DNA of 63,223 nucleotides, counting the filler, from Neoconidiobolus thromboides FSU 785 (Eukaryota > Fungi > Entomophthoromycota): assembly GCA_025603075.1 (NCBI GenBank). It is 5 parts of 5 records of this genome, joined end to end, with 100 filler letters (N's around TTAATTAATTAA, not from the genome) between each part and the next. Parts side by side here need not be neighbours in the genome. Positions count along the whole stretch, not along the records: positions 31,118 to 59,622 come from MU626496.1; 4 more parts are not named here. One strand, 5' to 3'. Positions within the stretch are counted from its first letter, which is position 1, and every line of letters begins with the position of its first letter. The notes beneath the pieces are model-generated. The model had not been told where the DNA came from. It did not search any database and saw only the letters and a program-made list of their open reading frames with translations. This document shows, piece after piece, positions 37,024 through 49,172 of this stretch. Made by a program: the position numbers and the translations under genes.

Positions 37024-38074
37024 ATGAACATAATCAAAAAACCCATCTATTGTTTTATACTTGTAATAATTTTATTGAGTTTTATTAGTTGTAAGTTCTA
37101 ATTTATTATATATTATATTGATTAATTATCTTCTATAAATTTAGCTAACCTTATCGATAATACAAATCAATTGCAACGACGACAGAATCAAGATGAGGGT
37201 AAAAAAGAAGGTGATGTAGGTAAAGGAGAACAAAAGAAACAAGAAGAACAAAAGAAACAAGAAGAACAAAAGAAACAAGAAGAACAAAAGAAACAAGAAG
37301 AACAAAAAAAACAAGGAGAACAAAAAAAACAAGGAGAACAAAAAAAAGAAGAGAATCCAAAAGATAAATTACAAGAACAAAAAGAAGGAGATCAACAAGG
37401 TGTTGATAAGAAACAAGAGAATGATAAAGATAATCAACAAAAAGAAGGAGATAAAAAAGACAACAATCAACAAAAAGATAAAGAAAATGATACAGATAAT
37501 AAATTAAATAATAATACAGGCGATAAAGACGGTACACGAAGTATTCAAATATTAGAACCAATTATGGGTAGTTTACAAGCTTGTAATATCCCTATTGGTG
37601 GAGAACAACCATTTCGATGGAAAATACCAAGCAATACATTAAAAACCACCAAAGTAATTATTGAAGCTGTATTAACTATTAATCAATATATTGTTTCTTT
37701 TCCAATAACTAATAAAAATTTGAGTTTATCAGAAACTAAATTTAACTGGATTGTAGAAGAACATCTAATGAGTCGAGATAATAGTACTACATTAAAGCCA
37801 AATGATAATTATAGAATTTATATCAGAGACCCAGAAAACGATTTATTACAACCTAAAAGTAATCGATTATTACCTGCTATTGTCAGATGTAGTTTATTTA
37901 TTCCTATGGACGGTAAATACTTTTTTGTTATTGTTTGAATTAATAAGTTATTAATATAATTTATTATTTTTAGTTTCGGGGAAATATGTAGCATCAAATA
38001 GTTTAATTAATATTAGTAATAATGTTTTATTGATTTTTATGTTAGCTTTTAGCTTATGGATTTCAATAAATTAA
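37024..38074 (+). CDS. Secreted, probably GPI-anchored protein with EQKKQE repeats; domain homologous to the 15187-16021 gene; exons 37024-37090, 37145-37911, 37974-38074
   Basis: Signal exon MNIIKKPIYCFILVIILLSFIS; 7 x 18-bp repeat at 37228-37353; IQILEP..FRWK..FNW..NDNYRIYIRD..LLP; hydrophobic C-terminus. Confidence 0.82.
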
Positions 38075-38657
38075 GTAAATATTTTATTTTTCTTTTATCA
38101 AAGTGAGTTGAATAAAAGATTATTAAGTAAATCAGGATCTAATAATTAAATAATTAGCTATTTAATTTTTAAAATTATGAAATAGATTTCAAATAAATTA
38201 CTCATATTTCATACTGATTTCAAGTAAGTTATAAAAAGTTTAGACAGGTAATATTTAATTCATTTAATCAAGATTTTAACTACTTGTTTACTTCTACTGA
38301 ATTAATTGTTTTTCTTTCTACAGACACATGATATTTCTCAAAATATTATTATGATTTAAAATTAGCACAAAATTCAATATTCAACTTTAAAACAAATATA
38401 AAAATAAGAATAAAATTTAAGTGCTTATTATTATTAAGCTTATTATTATTAAATTAGTTAACTAAAATATATTCATTATTTATAGAAGCTTATATATTAA
38501 CTTCTAAAAATAATAATTAATTTTACTTAGTCTTGTTGAGTTATAAATGCTAATGATATAGCATAACTTGAGATTCAATTTAAAAGTGTGTGATGTAAGT
38601 CAAGAATAGTTGAAAGATAAAAGAAAACAAAGAAATATTTCTAAATCAATTTAATAT

Positions 38658-38751
38658 GGAGATGTTTTTGGTTTCATCGTTTTTCCATTTTTAAGCACTG
38701 TTTTAGTAAGAAAAGTGTTAGTAAAATTCTTAAACAAAAAGATATATCCCT
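38658..38751 (+). mobile_element. MITE-1 copy (A)
   Basis: GGAGATGTT...ATATCCCT; TSD ATAT/GTAT. Confidence 0.85.
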
Positions 38752-39197
38752 GTATATTCAATTATAACCACTTTATTTTGAATTTTCCACTTATTTCTTT
38801 TTATAAAAGTTAAAATTAACTTAATCAAAAATTTATTTCAAAGCTAAAATTATGTTAAACAAATTAGTTTATTTTAAACTAAAAGTCAAGCCAATTAAAA
38901 GAAGAGTAATAATTAGTATATGATTGAAATATTATAAGAAATATAACTTTGAATTTTTAGTATTTTCCTCTCTACTCCTCTTATGAAATTTATAAAGTCA
39001 TTTGATTGATTTTAAGCTTTTCTTACAATAATAGAATACCTGAAAGTCTTCAACTAATTCATGATTTTCTATAAAATAATAAAATAATAATGATCACAAT
39101 AATAATAATAGAATTTTAGTTTTCAGCCTATTTTAAACATTTATATCATATTATTTTATTAATCAATCAAATATCAACTTTCATTTGAACCTTAATA

Positions 39198-39358
39198 AAG
39201 TAATTAAAGCTCTTTTATGACCTATTTAACGACTTATTTAAGAGAAAATTTAAAGTTAAAATGTAATAAATAATACATATTAGGCTTAAAAAATCAACTA
39301 TACCAATAAAGTGATTTAAAAATTATTACTAGAAAAATCAAAAGAGTTGCAATGACGG
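39198..39358. mobile_element. MITE-2 copy, diverged
   Basis: AGCTCTTTTATGACCTATTTAAC...AAAAGAGTTGCAATGACGG-TA aligns with the 29602 and 45562 copies. Confidence 0.6.
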
Positions 39359-39652
39359 TATTTTTTACTTTTTTAAATTATCTAAGTTCAATTTAAGTGC
39401 ACTAAAAAAAAGATTAATTGTTTGAATAAAAATCATGGCATTAATTAGCATAAATTGAAAAACCCGAATCAAGCATTCAAATGAAATTAGATGGAACCTC
39501 CCAATTATAAAAGATAATGAAATTTAAGCAAAAGAAGAGCAAAGTAATGCCATCATAATAGTTTTTTTAATCTAACTGTTTCTTTTCATATTCTTTTCTA
39601 ACTTTTTTGTTTCTTTATTATTTGTATATACAATCTTTAACAAGTATAACGA

Positions 39653-41023
39653 ATGGAATTATTATATCTTTTTAATGATTTATTAACTGGGATCAGTTTA
39701 TTTTGTGCTACTTTAGTATTGATCTTTATCTTATTAATAAGATTATATGATAAAGATTTAGTCAATCGAATCTCATTGAAAATTTGTGCAGCAATATCAA
39801 TAGTAGACATCTTTCGAACGAGTTCTTTTTTCATTTATTTATATCATACATCGGATGATTTAGTATGTAAATTGAATGCTATATTCTTAAATTATATAAT
39901 TATTAGTCATATGTTATTAACTTTTTCAATTGCTTTAAATCTTCAATTAGTATTCATTCATAATTTACGATACAAATCAAAATGGCAGTATTATTATTGG
40001 TTTTTAGGGTTTTTAGTTCCATTTATTATTACCTTTATTATGGTGATTATTGATGTTTTTGGTAAAGATGAAGTAGCTAATGCTTGTTTTTATAAAAACG
40101 TGTATCCAGTCACAATCTATTCTGGTCTCACTTTATATGCTGGTTTTTTATTTTGGAATTTGTTAGGTTGTTTGTATTGTTTTACTATTTCTCTATTTAT
40201 CATTTATCATTTAAAAAGAAAAACAAAACAATTAATTCAATTAAATCAACAACAAAATTCAAATCATTCTTCCGATTCTAATTTCTCTGCTCATCAACAA
40301 TCTAAATTAATTGTCAATCAATCGACTATCTCTTTATTAATAAGAAGAATGTAAGTGTTATTCTTTTATTTGATTTGTATTCTAAAATAAAACTAATTTA
40401 TTTTTAATAGTTGTATTTATTGTATGATACCTATGATAACTCAATCTGGTTGTATTGTTGGTTTGATCTATGAACAAATTCATGGGGAAATACCCCATTC
40501 CTTTTTTGTATGGGATACTATAGCTACACGTAAGTTTCAATTGACATATGTTAGAATTAAAGTATTTATTTTTACTTTAGATTTATCGGGTATCTTAAAT
40601 TTAATGGGGTTTTTATTTGATCCCGCATTTAAAAACTCATTATTACATATACGTTATCAATTATATCAAAAATATAAAAACCAAACGTTAAATCAAAGTA
40701 TTGAGAAAAGACAGAGTAATAATGCATTTGAAATTATGGCCTTGAAAGAATCTAGATGTAGAGAAAGAATTATTGATAAAATCTTTGCTTTTTTATTATT
40801 ACGTGGGGATTTTAAAATCTGTTCAAATAATAGGAATTCAAATCATTCTCATAATAATCAAGTTCAACAGATTTTAAACGATATAAGAAGAGATGTTCAT
40901 ATCAATAATAGTAATGAAGATATCAATGAAATTGAGGAGGAAAATAGTATTCAACCAATCAATTGTAATTTGGATAAAACTAAAGAAAAAAATCAATATT
41001 TTAATTTAGTTAAGGGTTTATAA
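39653..41023 (+). CDS. 7TM receptor-like protein gene C, 3 exons
   Basis: YDKDLVNRISLKICAAISIVD; ALNLQLVFIH; WQYYYWFLG; IRRI|CIYCMIP; LMGFLFDP; ends FNLVKGL*; introns ~40351-40410 and ~40529-40579. Confidence 0.85.
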
Positions 41024-41165
41024 TATCATATTATTACTTCAATTTTTATTTTTTTTTCTATATCTTTCTTTTCTTTTTTCAAATAAAATAGTGAGATCTT
41101 AAAAAGATTGAAAATTTAAAGTTCAAAAATAAAATAGTATTTAAAAAATACTTAAAAATACATAT

Positions 41166-41263
41166 AGGAGTATTTTTTTGATTTCATCCCTTTTTCTATC
41201 TTTTAAGCCCTATTTGAATGGAAAAATTGTTAGTAAAGTTCTTCGACATAAAAATACATTCTA
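41166..41263 (+). mobile_element. MITE-1 copy (A)
   Basis: AGGAGTATT...ACATTCTA; TSD ATAT/ATAT. Confidence 0.85.
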
Positions 41264-42189
41264 ATATAATCTTTTTTTCTCTTTTTTCTTTTGAGATATA
41301 TAACTTTATCTTTTTTTGATTATTAAATATTAGTTTACTTAATAAATTGACTTACAAAATCAGCCTCAAAATCACTTGATTATAATAATGTTCCTTGAAT
41401 TTCAAAACTGCTAAAAGCTACATAGTATCAGTAGCAAAACGATATTTTTGTATTACTACTTTTTTTATTTTGTTTTATATAGTAAGTTTTAAAGTTATTA
41501 GTAAAATGAATCGAATCACCTTTGATATACCTAATAAAGATTAACATGTTTATCTAAAATAAACTTTTTAATAAGTTTATAATATCTTTCTTTTAAAAAA
41601 AGTACTATAGCTTATCTTTATTAAGATCTTCTTTTCTTACTTTATTTTACTAATAATGTTATTTAAAAAAGTTAGCTCTAAACTTAATACCACTACAAAT
41701 ATAGGTTCATATACTACATCTTCCATTAATTTTCACAATTAAGTTCAAACTTGTTCAACTTAAACCCTATTGTTGGCAATCATCTAACTTAATTTCACTC
41801 TATAAATTTACTACATGCCCTTTGATACTACATTTATGATTTTACATTCCCATATTGTATTATTTTTTATTATAAATTTTGCATAAAAGTTTTACCTTTA
41901 CTCAATTTAATTTATATTAAATTCATCACTCCTCTAAGCTTATTGTTTCTCCAATTAAATAAAAAGTTTTATGAAAATTAGAAGTAAAATGGATTTCATT
42001 TTATTTTTAAGTTTATCAAAAATAGGAAAGGACTGACCCCTTTCTCTAAACTCATAGTAAAGTTTCTTAAGATAACATAGTTTATAGAATCTTATTTTAG
42101 TTGATAAAGCACTTATAACTTATTTTTTTTAAGAAAAATGTATACAAAGTTAGATATAAAGATTCTATTTAATAAACTGTACAAGATAT

Positions 42190-42288
42190 GGGGATGTCTT
42201 TTTGTGTTTAAGAATCTTACCACCAAATCTCACATTCAAATAGTGCTTAAAAGATGAAAAAAGTAATAAAGTCAAAAAAAACACTCCC
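42190..42288 (-). mobile_element. MITE-1 copy (B), left arm of ~200-bp palindrome
   Basis: GGGGATGTC...ACACTCCC; TSD ATAT/ATAT. Confidence 0.92.
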
Positions 42289-42292
42289 ATAT

Positions 42293-42392
42293 GGTGATGC
42301 TTTTTTTTGACTTTATTACTTTTTTCATCTTTTAAGCACTATTTGAATGTGAGATTTGGTGGTAAGATTCTTAAACACAAAAAGACATCCCC
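42293..42392 (+). mobile_element. MITE-1 copy (A), right arm of palindrome
   Basis: Reverse complement of 42190-42288 except for the first ~8 nt; flanks ATAT/ATCT. Confidence 0.92.
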
Positions 42393-42399
42393 ATCTAGA

Positions 42400-42960
42400 T
42401 AAAAAGAGATAATCTTTAAATAACATAATTTGTTTGTCATTGCTTCAAACATGTTCAATAAACTAGCTCTAACTAACAAAAAGGGATCAATTGCATATAC
42501 TAAATATGAGTTTGGATTTTGTTAATTTTTTATAATCTTTAATACATTCTTGATCTAAAATTAAATTTAGTATATTTATAACCACCAATGGTTAGCAACA
42601 TGTCTCCAGCTTTTTGAATTACTTCTTTCATGATAAAATTATTGTTAGATGATAATTTTTGAAAGATTAGTTTAATCGTTACATTAGAATATACTTCTAT
42701 AACTTTTACTTCAAGTTTATCATTAATGTTGCTTAACTAAATTCAACATTATTAAATTATCAAATAGCGTTGGTACTACTTTATATTTTATTGAAATAAG
42801 GGCTAAGAATTAAACATAGCAATGATGAAAACGTTATTATATATAAAAGGTGAACTTTAAACATAATCACCTTTTCTATGGCTCCAATCACCATTTAAAA
42901 CTTTATCAAAGCACTGAACAAGGGCAAATAAAATAAATAATTTTTTGAAGTTATTATCAG
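42400..42960 (-). pseudogene. DJ-1/PfpI-family pseudogene, paralog of 58868-59622
   Basis: Minus-strand DNA aligns with 58921-59430, e.g. IKDYKKL..KSKLIFSIC, SFLLVRASLLNMFEAMTNKL vs SFVLAKTGLINEFKATTNKL; stops and frameshifts; abuts the MITE palindrome. Confidence 0.75.
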
Positions 42961-43736
42961 TTAAAATCAAGGATAAAAACTTAATACTTATAGACTTATA
43001 TTTCTGTTGATAATTATTATATCATTTCTTACATCCGTACTTCTTTATCTACTACATTTTACGATTTATTCAATTTATCCTAATTCTTCGATTATCATTA
43101 TAATTTTTATCATTTCTTACCATATAATCTATTAAAGATTTATCATAACATAATTAATCATCATAAGTAAATTATATATGAATTTCATTAATTAAAATTA
43201 GATTAATATAACGAAATCTTTGAACTTGTAATTGCTTTTAGGGATTATCAATAGAAATAAACTATTGCTACATTATAGATAAAATTTTATATTAACTAAA
43301 AATAACAACTTAGTTAATATAATAATTTATTACATTAATAATTATTTTCCCTGAATTGATATATTTACTATTCATTGAATTCGATACGTTCATAGTTTGA
43401 ATAGTTCAATTGAGTAACCTGAGATTTATAAACTAAATGGCTGTAAAAACAAAAACAATACAAAGACGGAAATGTTTTTATTCTAAATATTACTATCTAT
43501 TATGAAAATAGTATTTCGATTATATTGTAGTTATTTATCGTCAAAGTTATACTTTTTTATAATTATTTCATTGTAATCAGTGCTTCAAATAATGATGTTT
43601 TTTTTACTTGAAGAATCTAGGAGAAAAACACTAATAACCGTTTAATATAATGTTTAATAAGAATCACTGTTTATTTTTGATTTAAAACATATAAAGGATA
43701 TATAGATCTTTTCATTTATTCAAGCTATAAAGATAC

Positions 43737-43830
43737 AGAGGTGTCTTTTTATATTTAACAATTTTATTAACAATTCTTCCACTCAAACAGCGCTTGAAAG
43801 ATGGAAAAAGTAATGAAAAAAAACATTCCC
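43737..43830 (-). mobile_element. MITE-1 copy (B)
   Basis: AGAGGTGTC...ACATTCCC; TSD not matched; ~80 bp past the ADH stop. Confidence 0.85.
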
Positions 43831-43911
43831 ACATATTGCTTTAGTTTGATTACAATATAACTTTAAAGTTATAATAGTGATTAAATAATAATAATAATGT
43901 TTATTTATAAT

Positions 43912-44970
43912 TTAATTGTTAAGTACAACTCTATATCTAACTTTACCACTACGTACTAGCTGTATACCTTCATTACATTTATCCATAGGATATTTTTCAA
44001 TCCAAGGGTAGACCTTATGTTTAGCAGCAAAGTCTAACATTTTACGAATTTCACAAGGAGATCCAATAGCAGAACCGCCAATGGAAATATTTTTCATAAT
44101 CAATGTAAATGGTTTAAGTGTAATATTAGATTCTGGTGCTGCTAATGATAGAATTTTACCATCGATATCCATCCAACTGGCAAACTGATCCCATTGAGAG
44201 TCACTAGCATTGCTTGTAACAATGAGATAATTGAGTGTATCGCTAATTTTGTTAGATTCTTCTTCATTACTATAAGCAATAAAGTGTTTCGCTCCCATCT
44301 TTTTAGCATCTTCTTCTTTAGAATGGGAGTGGGATAAAGCGTACACTTCACACCCTATAGCATTAGCAAATTGAATAGCCAAATGGCCTAACCCACCAAT
44401 TCCAATAACTCCAACCTTATCGCCTGGTTTGAATCCATTTTGAAGCATTGGTGTGAACACAGTAGCACCAGCGCATAATAATGGAGCGGCATAATCGGAG
44501 GGAATGCTTTCTGGAATAAGGAAACAAAAATCATGTTGAACATGAATTGCTTCTGCATAACCACCATAAGTTTTAGAATTATCAATTTGTCTTTTTGAAT
44601 TATATGTTTGTCCCATTTCTTTACAATGTACCTCCCTTTGACGCCTGCAAGCAAAGCAATCTTCTCTCATACATGCAGAACATTGAGCTCCTACCCCAAC
44701 TCTATCTCCTATTTTAAGTTTTTGTACTTTATCACCTACTGCAGTGATTTCACCTACAATTTCATGCCCAACAATCACTGGATAATCCGTTGGCCCCCAT
44801 CCACTATCAATAGTATGGATATCTGAACCGCAGATACCACAATGACTTATTTTGATCTCTACATCATTGGGTTGAAGTGGAGCAGCATCATAATTAAATT
44901 TTACTAACTTTTCATCTTTCCCATGGCAGGCATAACCACTAATTTTATTGTATTTTGCTGTACTTGACAT
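43912..44970 (-). CDS. Zn-dependent alcohol dehydrogenase, cinnamyl-ADH/Adh6-like (probably NADP), single exon
   Basis: CGICGSDIH; VGHEIVG; GDRVGVG; structural Zn Cys cluster; APLLCAGATV; GIGGLGH; RYRVVL. Confidence 0.95.
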   Translation of the reverse strand: MSSTAKYNKISGYACHGKDEKLVKFNYDAAPLQPNDVEIKISHCGICGSDIHTIDSGWGPTDYPVIVGHEIVGEITAVGDKVQKLKIGDRVGVGAQCSACMREDCFACRRQREVHCKEMGQTYNSKRQIDNSKTYGGYAEAIHVQHDFCFLIPESIPSDYAAPLLCAGATVFTPMLQNGFKPGDKVGVIGIGGLGHLAIQFANAIGCEVYALSHSHSKEEDAKKMGAKHFIAYSNEEESNKISDTLNYLIVTSNASDSQWDQFASWMDIDGKILSLAAPESNITLKPFTLIMKNISIGGSAIGSPCEIRKMLDFAAKHKVYPWIEKYPMDKCNEGIQLVRSGKVRYRVVLNN

Positions 44971-45561
44971 TTTTGTTTATTATAAGGTTCTGTATTTGTT
45001 TTCTTATTTATACTTTTTGGTTACTGTTATGTAGATGTTGTTTATCATTTGGTTGATCATTCATGCTAGGTGCAGCTATGCGTTTCAAGCAAACTCAGCA
45101 TGTATAATACAAGATAACACGTTGAAATTACAGAGACCTATTAAATTAAGGTTTCATTTCGTTTTGGTATTCCATATTTTTCTGTTTTAGCCCCTCCATT
45201 TATATAATTTCCTTTAATTTTTTGGCCCATATTTCATAGAATGTTAGTTGAAAAATTTAATGAGCTATTTAAATATTTTTAATATCTAATGAAGACAGAC
45301 AAAAAATTTAAAGTTGTAGTTAAAATTATAACAATTTTTATTGAAATTTGAATATTTATTTACTTTTGTTTTCGATCATTATTAAATATATTTGGATAAT
45401 TTGTAGATCTTTTTCTTGATATAGTTGTGTTAAAATGTACTGAATATATTGATGCGTTTATTAAAATTGTCCAGTTTTTTTTAGTAGAAATTTGACTAAA
45501 AAAGGAAGGTATAGCCAGTAAAGCATGCTAATTTAGAAATTAGTGTTAATTTGATTTGTTA

Positions 45562-45716
45562 CAGTTGCTGCTTTTTTGCGACCTATTTAACAGGATATTA
45601 CAAAAAAAAGTAGAAGTTAGTAAAAGTATAGGAAGTAGGATATGAGAGACCGGTTGTATGAATAGTTGATTACAAAATTTACTACTAAAAAAGTTACAAA
45701 AGAGCTGTAACAGCTC
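45562..45716. mobile_element. MITE-2 copy
   Basis: TA-CAGTTGCTGCTTTTTTGCGACCTATTTAAC...AAAAGAGCTGTAACAGCTC-TA. Confidence 0.68.
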
Positions 45717-46350
45717 TATCTTTCTCTTTGATTTTAATCCATGTGCTTGACGAATTTGTGTCGAAATTCACTATTTTGTTAGAAGTTCACCAAGTATAGA
45801 ATAAAATTCATAGCTTATTAATTTCATTTCATTTATATGGTTTTTTATAAAACGTCTTAATAACTTGGATAATTCATAGTAATATATAGCTTTTATAAGA
45901 GCAGTAGAACGACTTAGTACTATATAATTTTATCATATGTTTTATAAAGCTATTATTTTTGGAATTTTTAATTTATACGAACTTAAATATCTTATTAAAT
46001 AATAGTCTTAAAGGATAATTTTTTTATAATACTAAATATCATTTTTAATCTCCAAAAGCCGCAAAGTCTATTTGTACATTGGTAACCAAAAATACTAGAA
46101 TAAGTCTCATAAAGAGTTTTACTGATATAGAAGTCTGACTTTATATAGAGCTTGGCCTTCTATTTAAAATTATAATGCTGCAATGTTTTTATTAAAACTC
46201 ACCCACAGTTGATTTCGATTAAATATGCATTACGTAACGATGATTTTTTATAATTTGTACTTTAATGATTGTGCAAAAAAAAAAAGAAGTTACTAGTTAC
46301 AACAGTAGTATCTATTTTGAGTTCTTTTAGTCAAGTTGCTTGTAAAAAGG

Positions 46351-46439
46351 GAGGATGTATTTTTAAAATTTTACTAATTTTTTCCACTCGAGTAGTGATT
46401 AAAAAATGGAAAAGTGATGAAATTAAAAAAAACATCCTC
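46351..46439 (-). mobile_element. MITE-1 copy (B)
   Basis: GAGGATGT...ACATCCTC; flanked by AAAGG on both sides. Confidence 0.82.
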
Positions 46440-46469
46440 AAAGGCAAATTGTTATTATTGGGATTACAA

Positions 46470-46630
46470 TATAGGTTGGTAGTTTTATGCTGGGCATTAA
46501 TTTATATAATTTGATCGCTTCATAATTTAAGTACTACTATATAACTAATAAAACTATAGCAGCTTAATAACGTTTAATTGAAACAATCAATTTATATAAC
46601 TAATACCCAGCATAAAACTCCTAATCTATA
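46470..46630. repeat. Fold-back element with ~45-bp imperfect inverted arms
   Basis: AGTTTTATGCTGGGCATTAATTTATATAATTTGAT vs ATCAATTTATATAACTAATACCCAGCATAAAACT. Confidence 0.75.
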
Positions 46631-46729
46631 TATTTCACATCATCCTTATTTCAAAAAATTTGGACAAATCAAAGTTTTCAATAATTATTTAAAACAGATT
46701 TTGAAAATTTGTAAAACTATTATAATCTG

Positions 46730-47500
46730 GCCATAGCTATAATTTATGCCATGATATTGGCCTTTGTTTACTTTTCTTTGAATAATTATTGAAAAATATT
46801 AATTGAGTTTATCAAGTTTTTTCTTGAAAATAAGTGTGATATACTAAAGCTATTGTATATGCCCTTACTGTTCTATATTTGCCCAAAGAATTCCTAGAAT
46901 TTATAAATTTACTATTGGTGCTAAATAGCCAAAATATATTTATTGTTACTTGATCTAGGTATTTAACACCCAGTGTTAAATGTATAGACTGATCTGCTGT
47001 TATATTTATTAACTGGTTTTGATTTACTAAATTCCAAACATTGTATAAATGCTACAATAGAGATAAATATTTATTATATTAAAGCTAGATTGTTTTTATT
47101 GGAATGGGTTGTGATTAGATGTTTTTTGTTTTTAATTTATAACAGGTTTTTTTGATATCGAATTAAGGATTTTAAGAAAAACTATACTCATTAAATTCAT
47201 TATAAAAATTTACTACAAATCAAAAATAGCAAAGGACCTCTAACCATAACTTGTATTAGAATTGATAGTCACTTAATTAATGGACTATTTCATTTATGCC
47301 CAATGTATTTCTATGTTTTATAAGCATAACATATGACCATTTCCTCACTTAATTCACTATTTTTCATACTATTTTAACGAGACAAGATCTCGAAGTATTT
47401 TGTTTCTAATAATAAATTCCAAAGGAATACAAAAATAGAGGAGAGAGGATGGATTTCAAAATTAAAACTTACATATGAACCAAGTACTTCAATTTGGCTT
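46730..47500 (-). mobile_element. Possible highly degraded Ty3/gypsy pol (RT thumb to RNase H) relic
   Basis: Scattered motifs in the expected order: KYLVH or KYIGH, KPVNKYNSR, ILGILWA, KANIMA..ARL; many stops. Confidence 0.35.
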
Positions 47501-48222
47501 TACGTTCTTTTAATTTAAAGAGGTTATGAAGTTTATCATTCACTTTACATTATTTGATAATATAGTTAGTAATATTATAAATAGTGGTATAACCAGGGGC
47601 ATAAATAATATATTTAAAAAAAACTAAATCAATTCATAAAGTAACATAATTAATAATTGACTATTTGGATTAAACTTTTGGTATTTTGATATTTATATAA
47701 ATGCACCAGAATTATGACAATCTTCTTTTCCGCTTTATAATTTAAGATTAAAATAGAAGAATATTTTAACTATTTTATATATCATAGGTACTTTCATTTT
47801 GCTTCAAAAACTAAAAAACATAAATATTTTATTTTATATATCAAATGATTTATCTTTATTATCTATCCTTTTCACTTATCACAATTTTTTTAAAGCTGGT
47901 TTATAATGATTTAATAGTAAAGGGACTGCTTACAATAAGTTTTAAGTGAATAGACCTGCCTTAAATACTGTATTATATCCTCTGTTATTAGTTTTAAATT
48001 TATTTAAAATTGCTATATTTATATCAACCAATATTACTAGATAAATAAATTATAATATTTAATTGATATCAACTAAATAATAAACTGAAAAACAAAATCG
48101 AAATTTAACTATTTATGCTTTATATATTTATTAGAATTGAGTAAATAATTTTTTTTTAAAATATTAGTTTTATTTCTACTTTAAAGTAACAATAATACTA
48201 AAAACGCACCAAAACGGTATAT

Positions 48223-48317
48223 GGGCATGTCTTTTTTGTTTGAAAGTTTTGTTAGTGATTTTCCCACTCAATTGGAATTAATAAATGAAAAAAGAGTAGA
48301 TATTAAAAAACATCTCG
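48223..48317 (-). mobile_element. MITE-1 copy (B), degenerate
   Basis: GGGCATGTC...ACATCTCG; TSD ATAT/ATGT. Confidence 0.72.
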
Positions 48318-49172
48318 ATGTTGAAATATCCCTTTCCTTTGGTATTGTCTATTTTTCCAGGATAAAGTTAACCATATTGAATAATTAGATCTAAGCAAAA
48401 AAAATGTAATATAACTAACTAATAATGATAACTAGCATTACAAGGCATTTTAAGCTATTGAAAGTACCAATATGCTTTTGAAATTTAAAAATCAGTTCAA
48501 AATGAAATTCAACTTCCCTAATATAGTTCTTACAACTTAATACTTCCACTTGTTTAGCTAATATGGTAGCTATATGCATAAATTAAAGTAGTCTCACCAT
48601 TATTTTGTTAAATCTCAGTTCACTTTAAATTAAATAGTGGCTAAACTCGGCATTTATTCTTAACTGATGTATACAGGAAATATTATATTTAAAGGGGTTT
48701 ACGGTTGTTGTGTTATATTTTATTATATACTTTGTTTTTAAATAATTTAAGTGCATATTAGCATTTACTTTAGCTATGATTTTCGATGAAAGATTAAGCC
48801 TCAAAAAAAATCATGAGATGAGTGATAACCGATCATCTATATTTTATTGGCCTTTTTATAATAGAATGGCCAATCAAATCAAGAAAAATGAGGGGATCTT
48901 TGTTCTTAAGTTAAGCTAGAAAGATTTCATGCTAGTTTTAATTATTACTAAATCTCTATATTTATGATAAAGAATTAATATTGCTTCAATAAATGAACTA
49001 TATTTAGTGAATTTAGAATAAAAAAGTTGGAAGTGGATGAAAGAATAAGGGTGGTTTCGATAAATGTATATGTGATATACAAGCATATGTCTCAGTAGAT
49101 AAACTATATATAAGAATACCAAACCTGTATCTTCTTTATTTAATTAATTTTTTATTAAAAAAGTAAACCAAA

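Noticed and set aside
31204-37561. Antisense ORFs 31204-31440, 34043-34453, 37141-37341 and 37151-37561 with hydrophobic repeats
   Set aside because: Shadow frames of sense-strand tandem repeats or the (TTTTTA)n intron microsatellite
2454-46514. Short ORFs 2454-2666, 3347-3535, 20788-20979, 24672-24866, 28085-28273 and 46269-46514 with similar peptides
   Set aside because: They are translations of MITE-1 copies, not a gene family
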